From: a virus
IMG/VR virus record: IMGVR_UViG_3300037418_001469
Length of the DNA stretch: 64,000 nt
Reading direction: 5' to 3' (one strand)
Shown: positions 50,487-61,367 of the stretch, piece after piece
Layout: each line of letters opens with the position of its first letter
How positions within the stretch are numbered: the first letter of the stretch is position 1
Program-made: the position numbers and the translations under genes
The notes under the pieces: generated by a model
Seen by the model: the letters and a program-made list of their open reading frames with translations, nothing else
What the model was told of the DNA's origin: nothing
Database searches by the model: none

Positions 50487-52267
50487 ATATAGTCTCCTTT
50501 ATTTATTTTCCTTTATTGCCTTTAAAATTATTTTTAAATTTCTCCTCATTTCAACAAGAATCCAAATAGTTTGTAGATTAGCAAGAAACCACCCTGCTAT
50601 ATGAGACCAAGCAAAGAATGTTATTCGTTCTTTATCACTCGATAACTTTAAAAATCGTTTCATAAATTTCCTCATAGTAACCTCCTTATTAAATATTAAT
50701 AAGTGTTAATAACCAACCATAAGCAACTATATCTGTTTATGCTTAGCTATGTATTTTATTATACCCCACTTAGTCTTGCTTGTCTATGGTACTTAGTTAT
50801 GACTAACTAGGTCTCTAACTAGTCCATCCCAAGAGCTACCTATATAGGACGAGATGCAACTTCCAAAAACTAACGAGTTCTTTACTCGTTCCTCGTGCGC
50901 CCTCTACCTGCGCTCGGTCTCCCCCACGGAACTACCAAGCTATATCCTTTAGCCTGCTAAAGAGTGGTCTTTTTCTATACGACTTGTCCCTATACTATAT
51001 ATTATACCTATATTATGACACAATATACACCCTTTTATACATGTTTTTCGTTCGGAAAATGTAGAATATTTTTTCCAAAATAGGGCACGATTTTTTTTCC
51101 AAAAAGTAGTCCGAATTTTTTTTCAATTCCTATAATCAGGAATGGAATTTTTTCTATATAAGTGTAATTTTACACCCCCTAGGTACTGGATTTTTTTTCC
51201 AATAAGGCTGAAAAGTCTATAATGTATGGGTTAGGGTGCGTATATCCCACTTCGTGGGTTTTTTGGTCTTTCATTTGAATATACCCCTACCCTACCCAAA
51301 AAGACGGGAAATATTGCAGGAAATAATTCCTATAACCTATGTTATGGGAATTAAGTCAATTGTACACAATATAATTTTAGACTATAAAATCGTACTCACA
51401 ATTGTATTAATCAAAAAAACTTGATATGTAACCTAATATGCTTAGTTTAACCAATAAACAAATACCATTAGTTTACCCAATTAACAAATACAAAATTGAA
51501 TTGTGCACAATTGATTCAAACAGCTAGAACTCTATGTAGTTTACACATACATAGAAAATCTAGGTAAGTTTGTGAATGTTTTCACATACCTATATCTTTT
51601 ATTATAATAGAAAGAACATGAAATCAAGTAAATTTACTTGACAGTAAAACGTAGTAATATCAAGGCTTTGACGAGTTTCTTCCTATATAGAAAAAAGGAC
51701 CAAAAAAGAATCTTTAAAAAAGATGAAAAAATGAGCAAATAGGAGGAAATAGGAGATAATAGCAGAAAAACATGCTTTTTTAAGCTAAAACGGGCTAATA
51801 TGAACTTATTTGGAGTTTTACTTATTTTGCTCTAGGTATTATGATTGCATTGTAAGATAAATTAAATAAAGTTAAGGTTTGGTTGAGGGGGTGCTTTTCT
51901 ACCCTTCAAAAAAGTTTTTAAAAAAGGTTGCATATTTTCCTACAACCTGCGTATAATGATAGTAGCATCACAATTGATAATCAAATAGCTTATTCTTCTC
52001 ACACCTTCTATCTAGTATAGAGGGGATGGACATAACGACGTTTTATAGTCAGGTGAATGTGAGAAAAAACTTTTTAAAAAAAGTGGAATAAAGTTCTTGA
52101 CTATCACATAAGCTATACTGTAAGATGATTATAGTACCACACTAACTTAATACGCTTTACCTTACAGGGATTGTCTCCCCTACATTAACCTTCTATATAG
52201 AGGGTATCTCCAAAAAGGCTTAGTAAGAAACTTAAAAAACTTTTTGGAAAGATTTTAAAATAACGCT

Positions 52268-52296
52268 TGACAGTTTAAAACTTAACCTTTACAATT
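52268..52296 (+). promoter_or_regulatory. Strong sigmaA promoter TTGACA-N17-TACAAT, last of three tandem early promoters
   Basis: Others at ~51928 and ~52097, each with A/T-tract UP elements. Confidence 0.75.
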
Positions 52297-52301
52297 AGGG
52301 T

Positions 52302-53270
52302 AGCTTCAAAATTAACGCTTGACAGTGAATAAACAGGGTAGTGAGAAAAACCCTACTATATTGTTCATAAGTGGTAACAAGCAACCCACTATAAAAATAG
52401 GCTTGCATGAGTTCCTTGACAAGAAAATAGTTCAAAGAAGACTTACACCCTTCATGTTTTAAAGAGGGTTCGGGTCTTGTCTAACTGATACTCGCTGAAA
52501 AAGGTGATTCTTGCCTAATCTAAGTGAGTGCCAATGGGTTAGCTAATTAGTCAGATATCATGCTTGCATAGGTGATGGAAGATGTCCAAATTACAGGTGA
52601 AACTAAGGGTTTTTGACTTAGCAGGTTCTCTGGAAACGGGCTTGGTGAGTGGGTCAACAATAACCGCAATGACTAAAAGGTGGAACCCAAGCAATTCCGA
52701 GCAAAGCGACTTGATTCTAAGGTTACGAACTAGCTTGGATAGTAAGCTATACACCCCACACTGTATCACCTGAAAAGGTGGGCAGTCTGTGACTTAAAAG
52801 TAAGGGGTGAGAACTTGGCAAGGTTAGGCAGGGACGGGCGACAAGGGTAGCAAAGCGAATCTAAGAACTATTTGACAATACAGGTTAACTTAAAACTTTC
52901 TTAGGGAATATTTTATGTTTGTTGTTGAAAGTTGAAAGTTGAAAGGTTAACCGCTAAAAGTTGGGTATAGCATATCCAAGTGGGAAAAGTAACCATTCAC
53001 AATATGTGCGGTTACAATGTAGGATAGCGAGAGCGAATCCAAGGTATAGCAACCTATACCATAATTAAGGTTGTAAATTTCGGATTGTTAAGCAAGTCGA
53101 GTAGTCCAAACAATGAGTCCCTAGGGATTACCATTACAGGCACACTGAAAAAGGTTAGTCTCCTTATTAGGATAAACACTTTAGTAGGTTAGACTGTAAA
53201 GGCAAACAAGGTACTATACTCACTGGAGCACATGGTACGACTTGCTTGATTGAATCTGATACGGTTTTAT
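52302..53270 (+). ncRNA. Large ornate structured RNA/leader (~970 nt; core domain 52425-52873)
   Basis: Nested long-range helices, GC-elevated, no credible ORF. Confidence 0.65.
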
Positions 53271-53328
53271 TCGGGGGTTTATCCCTTGAATAATGCTAAT
53301 AGTCGAATATAAAACTATAACTTAGGAG

Positions 53329-53649
53329 TTGTTGAAATTGAGAAAAATTGCTAACGATACAAAATTAAACTTTAAGAAAGATTTATCTAACATTGAATTA
53401 ATGGGAATTGAACATATCTTAAACTCGTTTGAAACTGATATTGAATCTGAGGTATTAATGGCTGAGGATTACGGTTTAGCTTATACGAGTTCATCATCAT
53501 ATGCTATGTATAATGTTACGGAACATGTAGTATTTGATGGTTTAACTGTTAGTCACTTCTCTATTACTGATAATGATATGCTTATTATGGTATGTACTGA
53601 TGATGATGAGAATAATCATTGTTATGAAATAGAGGGTTCGGATTACTAG
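53329..53649 (+). CDS. Hypothetical acidic early protein
   Basis: AGGAG RBS; enclosed by 30-bp inverted repeat. Confidence 0.6.
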   Translation: MLKLRKIANDTKLNFKKDLSNIELMGIEHILNSFETDIESEVLMAEDYGLAYTSSSSYAMYNVTEHVVFDGLTVSHFSITDNDMLIMVCTDDDENNHCYEIEGSDY

Positions 53650-53765
53650 TCCTTTACCTTTTCCGCCAAATTAAAATCTAACATTCGACTGTTAGTGTTA
53701 TTCAAGGGATAACATTATCCTCTGAATAATGGTTATAGTCGAAAAATAAATCATAATTAGAAAGG

Positions 53766-54216
53766 TTGTTGAATATGTTTAACAGTAATCAAATTAAAGT
53801 AGTTAGGGAATATTTAGAAAAACGTTTTAATACAATGAATGTAACGTATATTAAATCAGGTGCTAGTGGCATACTATTCCAAGTGAATGAATTTGAGTTA
53901 GTAGTTATTATTGATACTGATTATAATGTTACATTGGGTTATACAAAATATGATGAAGTTCACACTATTAAAGGTGGTTACTCATTAGGGTTATTAGAAA
54001 ATGCATTGAAAGAAACTGAATGTGCTTATGCTTAAATGGTTAGTGATGATTACAGTCTTATTTTTGATTCTTGTACTTGGGTTGGTTAATGATGCATTAT
54101 CAGTATACAGTGTTACTCATTATATAGATGTTGTGTTTGTATCTACTATAGGAGTTGCTTTACTATTTGTTTATGTTGTATCTGTATTTGTTACAGTGTT
54201 GATTCACAAAAATTAA
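53766..54216 (+). other. Two small early ORFs (53766-54035, 54022-54216 membrane)
   Basis: Enclosed by 21-bp inverted repeat. Confidence 0.55.
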
Positions 54217-54350
54217 TTCCTTTCTTTTCCCGCCCGCAAAATTTAAGTTCTAAACTTTAAATTAAAATCATATAATCGACTATAACCGTTATTCAGTGGA
54301 TAACATTCACTGTTAGAATCAAAAAATAAATCATAGGAGCGTGCTTATTT

Positions 54351-55664
54351 ATGAAAAAATCAGATTTTCTAGAAATGAAAGTTCAAAAATCAGGGGAGTC
54401 TTTAAAGGGAATTGCAAGTCTTATTACTCAGTCTTTTGAGGTTGAAGCAATGACAAAAAGTGATGAAGATGTTTTATCTCGCAAATTAGATTCAATTGGC
54501 AAAGGTTTAGCAAGGGATAAAAGTATTAACGATGGTAATGGTTGGAATGATGATGTACACCATGATGTTTCATTAACTTCTTATACTCATGATAATGGTG
54601 GTCTATATGGTACTGAAACAAGTTCTTCACCTATTGATATCTGCAATTGGTTTGAATTGAAAAACTATTTAAATCAAATATTAGACACTTATTTACAAGC
54701 TAGTGGGAATAAAGTTCATTTTACTGTTAGAGGTTCTATGCATGTACACAATACATTATCATATACTTATGATGAGGATTACAACCTTCTTAGTGCTGTA
54801 AAATTAGACATTAACGGTGTCTACCATAATGTGGCTCGTTTTATCCTTAAGTTTATGCCCGTTATGAAATGGTTGGTAATGACTGATAGAAAAGGTGCTC
54901 GTGGGGTTCGTGGTTCATCATATGGTGATAAATTTGATAATGATAGATTATTTTCTTGGTGGTCTGAATATGAGGGTTCTATAGATACTGATAGCACATA
55001 CAGACTAACTCATTTTGATAGAAACTCATGTTTTCGAGTTATGCAAGCTAATTGCTTACACTATGAAAATCGCTTAGCAGATTGTAGTTTTAACGCTACA
55101 CACATTGGTATGTGGTTGTCAATCAATCGTGCAATAACTCTTATGGGTATTGATTTTTCAAGGAATGGTTATTTGTTCAATATCAATGGTGATGATGTAG
55201 AATTATCTAGAGACTTGATGTATCAACATTCTAGAGGTTATAAATACGTTGGCAAAGAATCTATCGAAATGCTATATAAACAGTTTGTTGGATATCTTGC
55301 AAAATATCTTAAAATTATTGGTTCACTAGAAACTATTGAAGTGATGGATAAGTTAATCAAGTGTCCTATTTCAGAATACTTAAATGAGAACAATATTACT
55401 GAGGAATATTGGAATCTAGAGATTATAGAAAAAGTGTTTAATACTAGGAATCGTGCTAGTGATACGGTTCTAAGAGATAGATTCTTAGAAGGTATCAAGG
55501 CTATGCTTATTCCTAATGCGGATAGCTTGAACGACTTCTTAGATAATACTGCAAGTTATCTAGAGGTAGAATCTAAAAAGGTTAAATCATTATATCAGAT
55601 GTTCAAACGTGAAAACGTGGATATTGAGTTCTTAGGTGGTAGACTTGTATATCTTGGGGATTAA
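54351..55664 (+). CDS. Putative amidoligase (COOH-NH2 ligase)-like protein
   Basis: SFEVE, D.SL, ETSS, GSMHVH, YENRL. Confidence 0.55.
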   Translation: MKKSDFLEMKVQKSGESLKGIASLITQSFEVEAMTKSDEDVLSRKLDSIGKGLARDKSINDGNGWNDDVHHDVSLTSYTHDNGGLYGTETSSSPIDICNWFELKNYLNQILDTYLQASGNKVHFTVRGSMHVHNTLSYTYDEDYNLLSAVKLDINGVYHNVARFILKFMPVMKWLVMTDRKGARGVRGSSYGDKFDNDRLFSWWSEYEGSIDTDSTYRLTHFDRNSCFRVMQANCLHYENRLADCSFNATHIGMWLSINRAITLMGIDFSRNGYLFNINGDDVELSRDLMYQHSRGYKYVGKESIEMLYKQFVGYLAKYLKIIGSLETIEVMDKLIKCPISEYLNENNITEEYWNLEIIEKVFNTRNRASDTVLRDRFLEGIKAMLIPNADSLNDFLDNTASYLEVESKKVKSLYQMFKRENVDIEFLGGRLVYLGD

Positions 55665-55726
55665 TTTCCCCTTGGTATTAAGTTATAAGTTTAAAGTTTA
55701 AAATTATATCGTAGGGGGAATTAATA

Positions 55727-56326
55727 ATGAAAGTGTCCGTACAAGTAGCTAGGGAGCAAATGAGAATCTTACTAGGTGCAGGTGCAGAATTTAATTGGAG
55801 AGAGAACTATATTCATGGCACATGGTTAGAGTTTAATATTAAATCATGCTATGCGGATAGAGTAGAAACAATTTGTGATATGATTAGTAATGATTGGGGA
55901 TATGAATTAGACAGAAAAAATAATATTGCTACATTCTCATTATTCGATTTTAATAAGGAGAATACAGTGGAAAAGAAACAACTAATTAAGGTTCGCCAAT
56001 GGTTAACTAGACGAGATAGCAACCCTATTCCAATGCGTACTATGGAATGTGTAGTAGTTAGAGAGACAGCTAGAGCAATTCAGGTAAAGTTGAAGGGACA
56101 TTTAAATCCATCTAGTAATTGCAATCATTGTGGTAGAAAATTAACGCACCCTGTAAGTTTAATGTATGGGCTTGGTCCTATTTGTGGTGGGCATTTTCAT
56201 ATTAACCCTTGTGATAATGAGCAACAATTGAAGGCTCGTTATGATGATATGAAGCGTAAAATGGAAAGTGTAACATGGGAAGGTTGGATACCTAGAAGTC
56301 AAATAGAATCTATGCAAACAGTATAA
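55727..56326 (+). CDS. DUF6011-like Zn finger protein
   Basis: CNHCGRKLTHPVS...GLGPICG. Confidence 0.7.
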   Translation: MKVSVQVAREQMRILLGAGAEFNWRENYIHGTWLEFNIKSCYADRVETICDMISNDWGYELDRKNNIATFSLFDFNKENTVEKKQLIKVRQWLTRRDSNPIPMRTMECVVVRETARAIQVKLKGHLNPSSNCNHCGRKLTHPVSLMYGLGPICGGHFHINPCDNEQQLKARYDDMKRKMESVTWEGWIPRSQIESMQTV

Positions 56327-56710
56327 TATTATATCCTACACTGCCTATAATCTAAAAATAGATTATGGGCAGGAATGTTATAATATTAAATTATAAGGAG
56401 GTGGTAATATGATGACTAGGGATGAATTAATTGCGGAATTATTAAAATTGTCACCCAATGATTGTGTAATTGGTGTCTATGTGGAAAGTATTGATAGTGT
56501 TGTTGATGTTACTGGTGTTGAAATGTATAACGGTGAAATTAATATTAGGGTTGATTATTAAATTATAAGGAGTGGGAAGAATGAGAGACTTATCACATTT
56601 AAGCAAAGAGGAATTACTAAAATTACTATCTGTTATTTATGATAATGCTGATTTTTTCGGTAATGATATGACCACTGGTATTATCTGTAGGGCAGAGGAG
56701 GAAATTAAAA

Positions 56711-58184
56711 ATGTATAAGTGTTATAGCAAGAAACAATTTGAATATTTCTTAAGGAATTTATTAATTGAGAATCGTTTAGGGTTCTTATCTGATGTTACT
56801 GATACACATAATCAAACTTGGGAATATATATATGAAGTTAGTACACGCAATCCATCTGTTAAAGTTATCATCTTTTCTTCCGTTGATAAGCGCACACAAA
56901 AAACTAGAGATAATGGTGATGATAGGGTTCGCTTGGTTCTTAGGTGGACTAACAGGAAAGGCGAACACGTTTATAAGCGGTTAGCTAGACATAACCGTAT
57001 TGAAACACTATTTAACAATGTTAAGAGTACATTATTAAATGCTAATGTATTCAATCTTAACTTGTCAGAGTTTAGCAATAAACTACCATTTTAAAGGAGT
57101 GTTGACAATGGGATTCTCATGTATGAAATGCAAAAAATTTACTACTGATTTAGAGTTTATCACCAAGAAAACGCAACCTAAAAAGTTTGATGATTATACT
57201 AAAATTGGCGTATGTCCTGCATGTAAGGCAAAACGTGAAAAATGGATGAAATCAAGGGGGTTAGCATGATATGTGGATTGTAACTTATTACAATATTAGC
57301 ACTTGGGATAAAGAGTGGGCTGAATTTGATACTCGTTGTGAAGCTATGGACTATGCTATGGAAAGATTAGAAAAGCAAAAAGAGTCTGCATACTTAGATG
57401 GTAAAGTTAAAGTGTTTTCGTCTACCGCAGATGATGAAATAGAAGAACCTAAATTAGCTTATAAACTAGCAAAAATGATGGCTGATTGTATTGACAAAGA
57501 GAATAGTGTTATTACTATTGATGATTTTTATGATAGTGTTGGTATATGTGAATCTAATAGGACTGATTTTGGAACTACTAGTCTTATGAAGGATGCTAAT
57601 AAATACTTGGACAGATGGGGATATTAACAGTGTTATCTGCCTATGATATAAAATTATATCGTAGGTAGCCTAGACTGTTAAAGTCTAAGATTATATTATT
57701 AGGGAGTGTTGGGGATGGCACAATTAAAAGTAGATATTGAAAAATTTGTAGTAGAAAATAAGGAGGAATTAGTTAGTAACTACCTTGCTAAGGTATGCAC
57801 TAAGTTTAAGAGTCAATTATTAGATTTACATGATGCAAGAAAGGGGTATGATGAAATTATTAGCTTTATCCTATCATTAAAGTATAAGTATATAGTATAA
57901 TATTATAGTGAGGTTGTTGTATGTTGTGGCTATCTTTACTACTATTGCAATTCCTACCTATGTTTCTAGCTTGTGTAAAATCTAATAATCAATTATAAGG
58001 AGTGGGGAAAATGACAGATAAGGGAATAATGATGCTAGATAGAATTTTAGTTATGGTAGAAGAAATCAATTCAGAGTTACATTGGCTAGAGGAACTGCCT
58101 ACATTAACATGTGAACAAGCGGATAGATGGCAACGATTAACTATTAAGCATGAAACTATAAAAGAAATTATGGGGATGATGTAA
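56711..58184 (+). other. Small early hypothetical ORFs
   Basis: 56711-57094, ~57108-57269, 57271-57627, 57706-57900, 58002-58184; several with AATTATAAGGAG leaders. Confidence 0.55.
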
Positions 58185-58759
58185 TGACTAGTGGGTTTGG
58201 TGTTATAATAGCGATTGTTGAATTGTTTCTATATTGTAGCTTAGTAGCTTGTATTGGCTATCTTTTAAACAGATTCTTTCCGCCATTCAAAAAATTAGTT
58301 AACTTTCTTGTTAATGCTGATAAATAATAATTGACAGTTTAAAGCTGATAGTATAATATAGAGTTATACCAACTAGAGGAGAGTGTTAGATTGAGAACGT
58401 ATAATCTATTATTAAAGCGTAAAGGTATTATCTGTACTGATACAGTTACTACTAACCCTATCGGTCTAATATTATATCGTTGGAAGAATAGACTTTGGGA
58501 AGTTACGGTTATTGAATAGTAATTGGTGCTTACAATCTGATTTTAGATTGTAAGTAGTCGTGACTAGTCAATGAGTATAGTCAAATATTATATTAGGAGG
58601 TAAGATATGTATATTGTCTCATTTACAGATAATAGCGGAAAAGTGCATGAACATGAGCATGAGTATGAAAGCACTGCTAAATTATTTATTGAACACATGA
58701 AAGAATTTTATCCTAATAGTAATCCTGTTTTAAAAATCAAAAATTAAATTATAAGGGGC

Positions 58760-59188
58760 GTGGGGAAAATGATTAAAGTAGAAAATAATACTGTAAGTGT
58801 TAATGGGATATCTATTCAATTTGATTCTACAACAAGTCTTAATAGTTTTTTATTAGACTATGTTTCTAAGCATGAGCAGGTTGTTTCGCAAGTTGAAAAG
58901 ATTATTATAGAAAAACCTTTTAATTATAAGCTACAAATGTTAATTGATACTTGTGGGTATATTGAAATTGAAGAACTTGGTTTATCAGTTCGTTCTTTCA
59001 ATTGTTTAAAGCGTGCAGGAATTAATATAATTAAAGATGTTCTAGAATTAGATTATGAGCGTATAATTAGAGTAAGAAACTTAGGGATTAGAAGTATTAG
59101 AGAAATTGAAAGTGTGGTAAATGAGTTCACACGTTCTAATTATATTAATTGGTCTGAATCTTTACCGCCCGTTGCAGTCGAAAATTAA
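58760..59188 (+). CDS. Protein with RNA polymerase alpha-CTD-like domain
   Basis: IEELGLSVRSFNCLKRAGI.....L......VRNLG.RS..EI. Confidence 0.85.
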   Translation: MGKMIKVENNTVSVNGISIQFDSTTSLNSFLLDYVSKHEQVVSQVEKIIIEKPFNYKLQMLIDTCGYIEIEELGLSVRSFNCLKRAGINIIKDVLELDYERIIRVRNLGIRSIREIESVVNEFTRSNYINWSESLPPVAVEN

Positions 59189-59530
59189 ATCTTAAGGAGT
59201 GAGTAGCTTTGGAGAAGAAGGAAATGCAAGGATTTAAAGGAGGAAGCAAAATGAGATTAGTTAAGATGACAATTCATTGGATAATGATGAAGTGGTATTT
59301 TCAATTATGGCATAAGGTTTCAAGAATGACCAATCAAAAATGGCATGACAAATTTTACTATTATGCAGAAACATTGATAAAAATGTGAAAAAACGGGTAC
59401 CAAAAAATTTTAAAAAATTTGGTACCTTTTACTTTTTGACTCGTAAAGTTTTAAGTTGACCATTGACAATTGTTTTCTTATGGTGTATGCTTAGGATAGT
59501 CAAACAAACTAAATTTAAGGAGTGGTTGTA

Positions 59531-60748
59531 ATGTGTAATGATAAAAAACGTACTTATGGAATCGAACTAGAGGGTTATACAGATGAGAATATTAGGGGTA
59601 ATCATATAGGTCAGGGTTGGAAAGTTATTGAAGATGGTTCTTTAAATGATGGAACAGATGAATGTTGTGATTGTGATGGTAGAGGTCACAATGAATGTTA
59701 TCGTTGTGATGGTAGAGGTAATGTTGATTGTGATGATTGTTGCGGTAGTGGTGAAGTTCCTTGCGGTGAGTGTGATTGCACAGGATATATAGAATGCCAT
59801 CATTGTGATGGTGAAGGCGGTAGTTGGGTATCTGATGATGAAGGTGATGAAGATTGGGTAGAATGTGAACATTGTGAAGGCAATAAAACATTAGATTGTA
59901 ATGATTGTAATGGTAGTGGGTATACTACCTGTGAAACTTGTGATGGTGACGGTGAAATTGAATGTGAATCTTGTGATGGTAATGGAAGTTACGAGTGTGA
60001 ATCTTGTGATGGTCGTGGTTCTCATGGTGATGGTGAATACTATGGTGTTGAATGTGTGAGTGGTATCTTAACAGAAGGTGATTATGAGCCTATTAATCAT
60101 ATATTTGACTATATCGAACGCTATGATTGGACTATTGAAGATGATTGCGGTACTCATGTTCATATTGGCGGTGATGATTTAAATGAGAAAGACTTGTCTA
60201 AACTTTATATTCTTGCTAATATTCTTGAGCCTGCTATTTATGGTTCACTTCCTAGTAATCGTATTAATGGCACTTATGCAAAACACACACAGAGAGATAT
60301 GGCAGAATATTTAATTGGAAAAGGAGAGGATATTACATTACAACAATTAGCTGATTATTATTATGGATATAGCGTTAGATTAAACGGACACTTTCAAAAA
60401 TATGATAGCGCTAGATATTATGGTTTAAATTTAAACTCTTGGTTCTATCGTAAGACAATTGAGTTTAGATACTTTGAAGGTGCTATCAATAGAGAGAAAG
60501 CTAATAATTGGATAGAGTTGTGCATTAAGCTAGTAGACTTTGCAAAATATACTACCTTTGAGCAGTTAATGGTTATAGGCAAAGACTTCTATTTGATAGA
60601 TAACCTACAAGAATTACTAGACAAAACAGAAGAATTATTAGGTTTAGAGTATAATATTGGAGCATATAGTAACTACGCATATCAGGAATCAAAGCATAAT
60701 GTAGCAAGTCAATTCAGAGATACTCACATTATTACTCGTGCAGTATAA
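59531..60748 (+). CDS. Amidoligase with inserted DnaJ-type CxxCxGxG repeats
   Basis: RTYGIELE, DGSL, ECVS, CGTHVHIG, RYYGLN, TIEFR. Confidence 0.8.
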   Translation: MCNDKKRTYGIELEGYTDENIRGNHIGQGWKVIEDGSLNDGTDECCDCDGRGHNECYRCDGRGNVDCDDCCGSGEVPCGECDCTGYIECHHCDGEGGSWVSDDEGDEDWVECEHCEGNKTLDCNDCNGSGYTTCETCDGDGEIECESCDGNGSYECESCDGRGSHGDGEYYGVECVSGILTEGDYEPINHIFDYIERYDWTIEDDCGTHVHIGGDDLNEKDLSKLYILANILEPAIYGSLPSNRINGTYAKHTQRDMAEYLIGKGEDITLQQLADYYYGYSVRLNGHFQKYDSARYYGLNLNSWFYRKTIEFRYFEGAINREKANNWIELCIKLVDFAKYTTFEQLMVIGKDFYLIDNLQELLDKTEELLGLEYNIGAYSNYAYQESKHNVASQFRDTHIITRAV

Positions 60749-60881
60749 TAATTGACTATTAGGTGAAGGGGGGATTGTCCCCCTTTCCTAGTATAATCTA
60801 AAATTAAACTATTAAAAATCCTTGTTATTTACTAGGAGGTTTAGTATAATATGTATATACATTAAATTAGGAGGTAGAATT

Positions 60882-61274
60882 ATGGAAAGTAATTATCGTA
60901 CTATTGAGGTGAAGTTGGGCAATTATATTAAGAGATTTGAAATGAGAGATACTTATATTGGTACTTTTGTAGTGGACAATAAGCTATTTAATGTTATTGG
61001 CACTCAACATTCAATGGAAAGGCTAGACGAACGTAACATAAACAAGTATCATATTTTGTCTAGCATTGTCGGATTAGGTGAAAAACTTGCGACACACAAT
61101 AATAGTGGTAAGCACATTATTATTAGTGACGAAAAGAAAGATATCTCTACTATCTTTACAATCGAAAATTTCACTGTAGTATTAATTACTGTGTTGGACA
61201 GAGGACAGATGTATATTTCTCCCAATGTTACACATAAGCGGACAGTCATTGAAACGTATGATAATGTTGGTTAA
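60882..61274 (+). CDS. Hypothetical protein (T.HS.ERL.ER motif)
   Basis: GGAGG RBS, promoter upstream. Confidence 0.55.
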   Translation: MESNYRTIEVKLGNYIKRFEMRDTYIGTFVVDNKLFNVIGTQHSMERLDERNINKYHILSSIVGLGEKLATHNNSGKHIIISDEKKDISTIFTIENFTVVLITVLDRGQMYISPNVTHKRTVIETYDNVG

Positions 61275-61367
61275 TTAATTAGTGATTGGTTGCCTAGAGT
61301 TGATTATTTGATTCTAGGCAAGGGGTGACTAATTAAAAACTAGTCTAAAATTAGATTACAAGGGAGA

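Noticed and set aside
52551-52773. ORFs 52551-52769 (-) and 52582-52773 (+)
   Set aside because: No RBS; they lie inside the nested-helix RNA.
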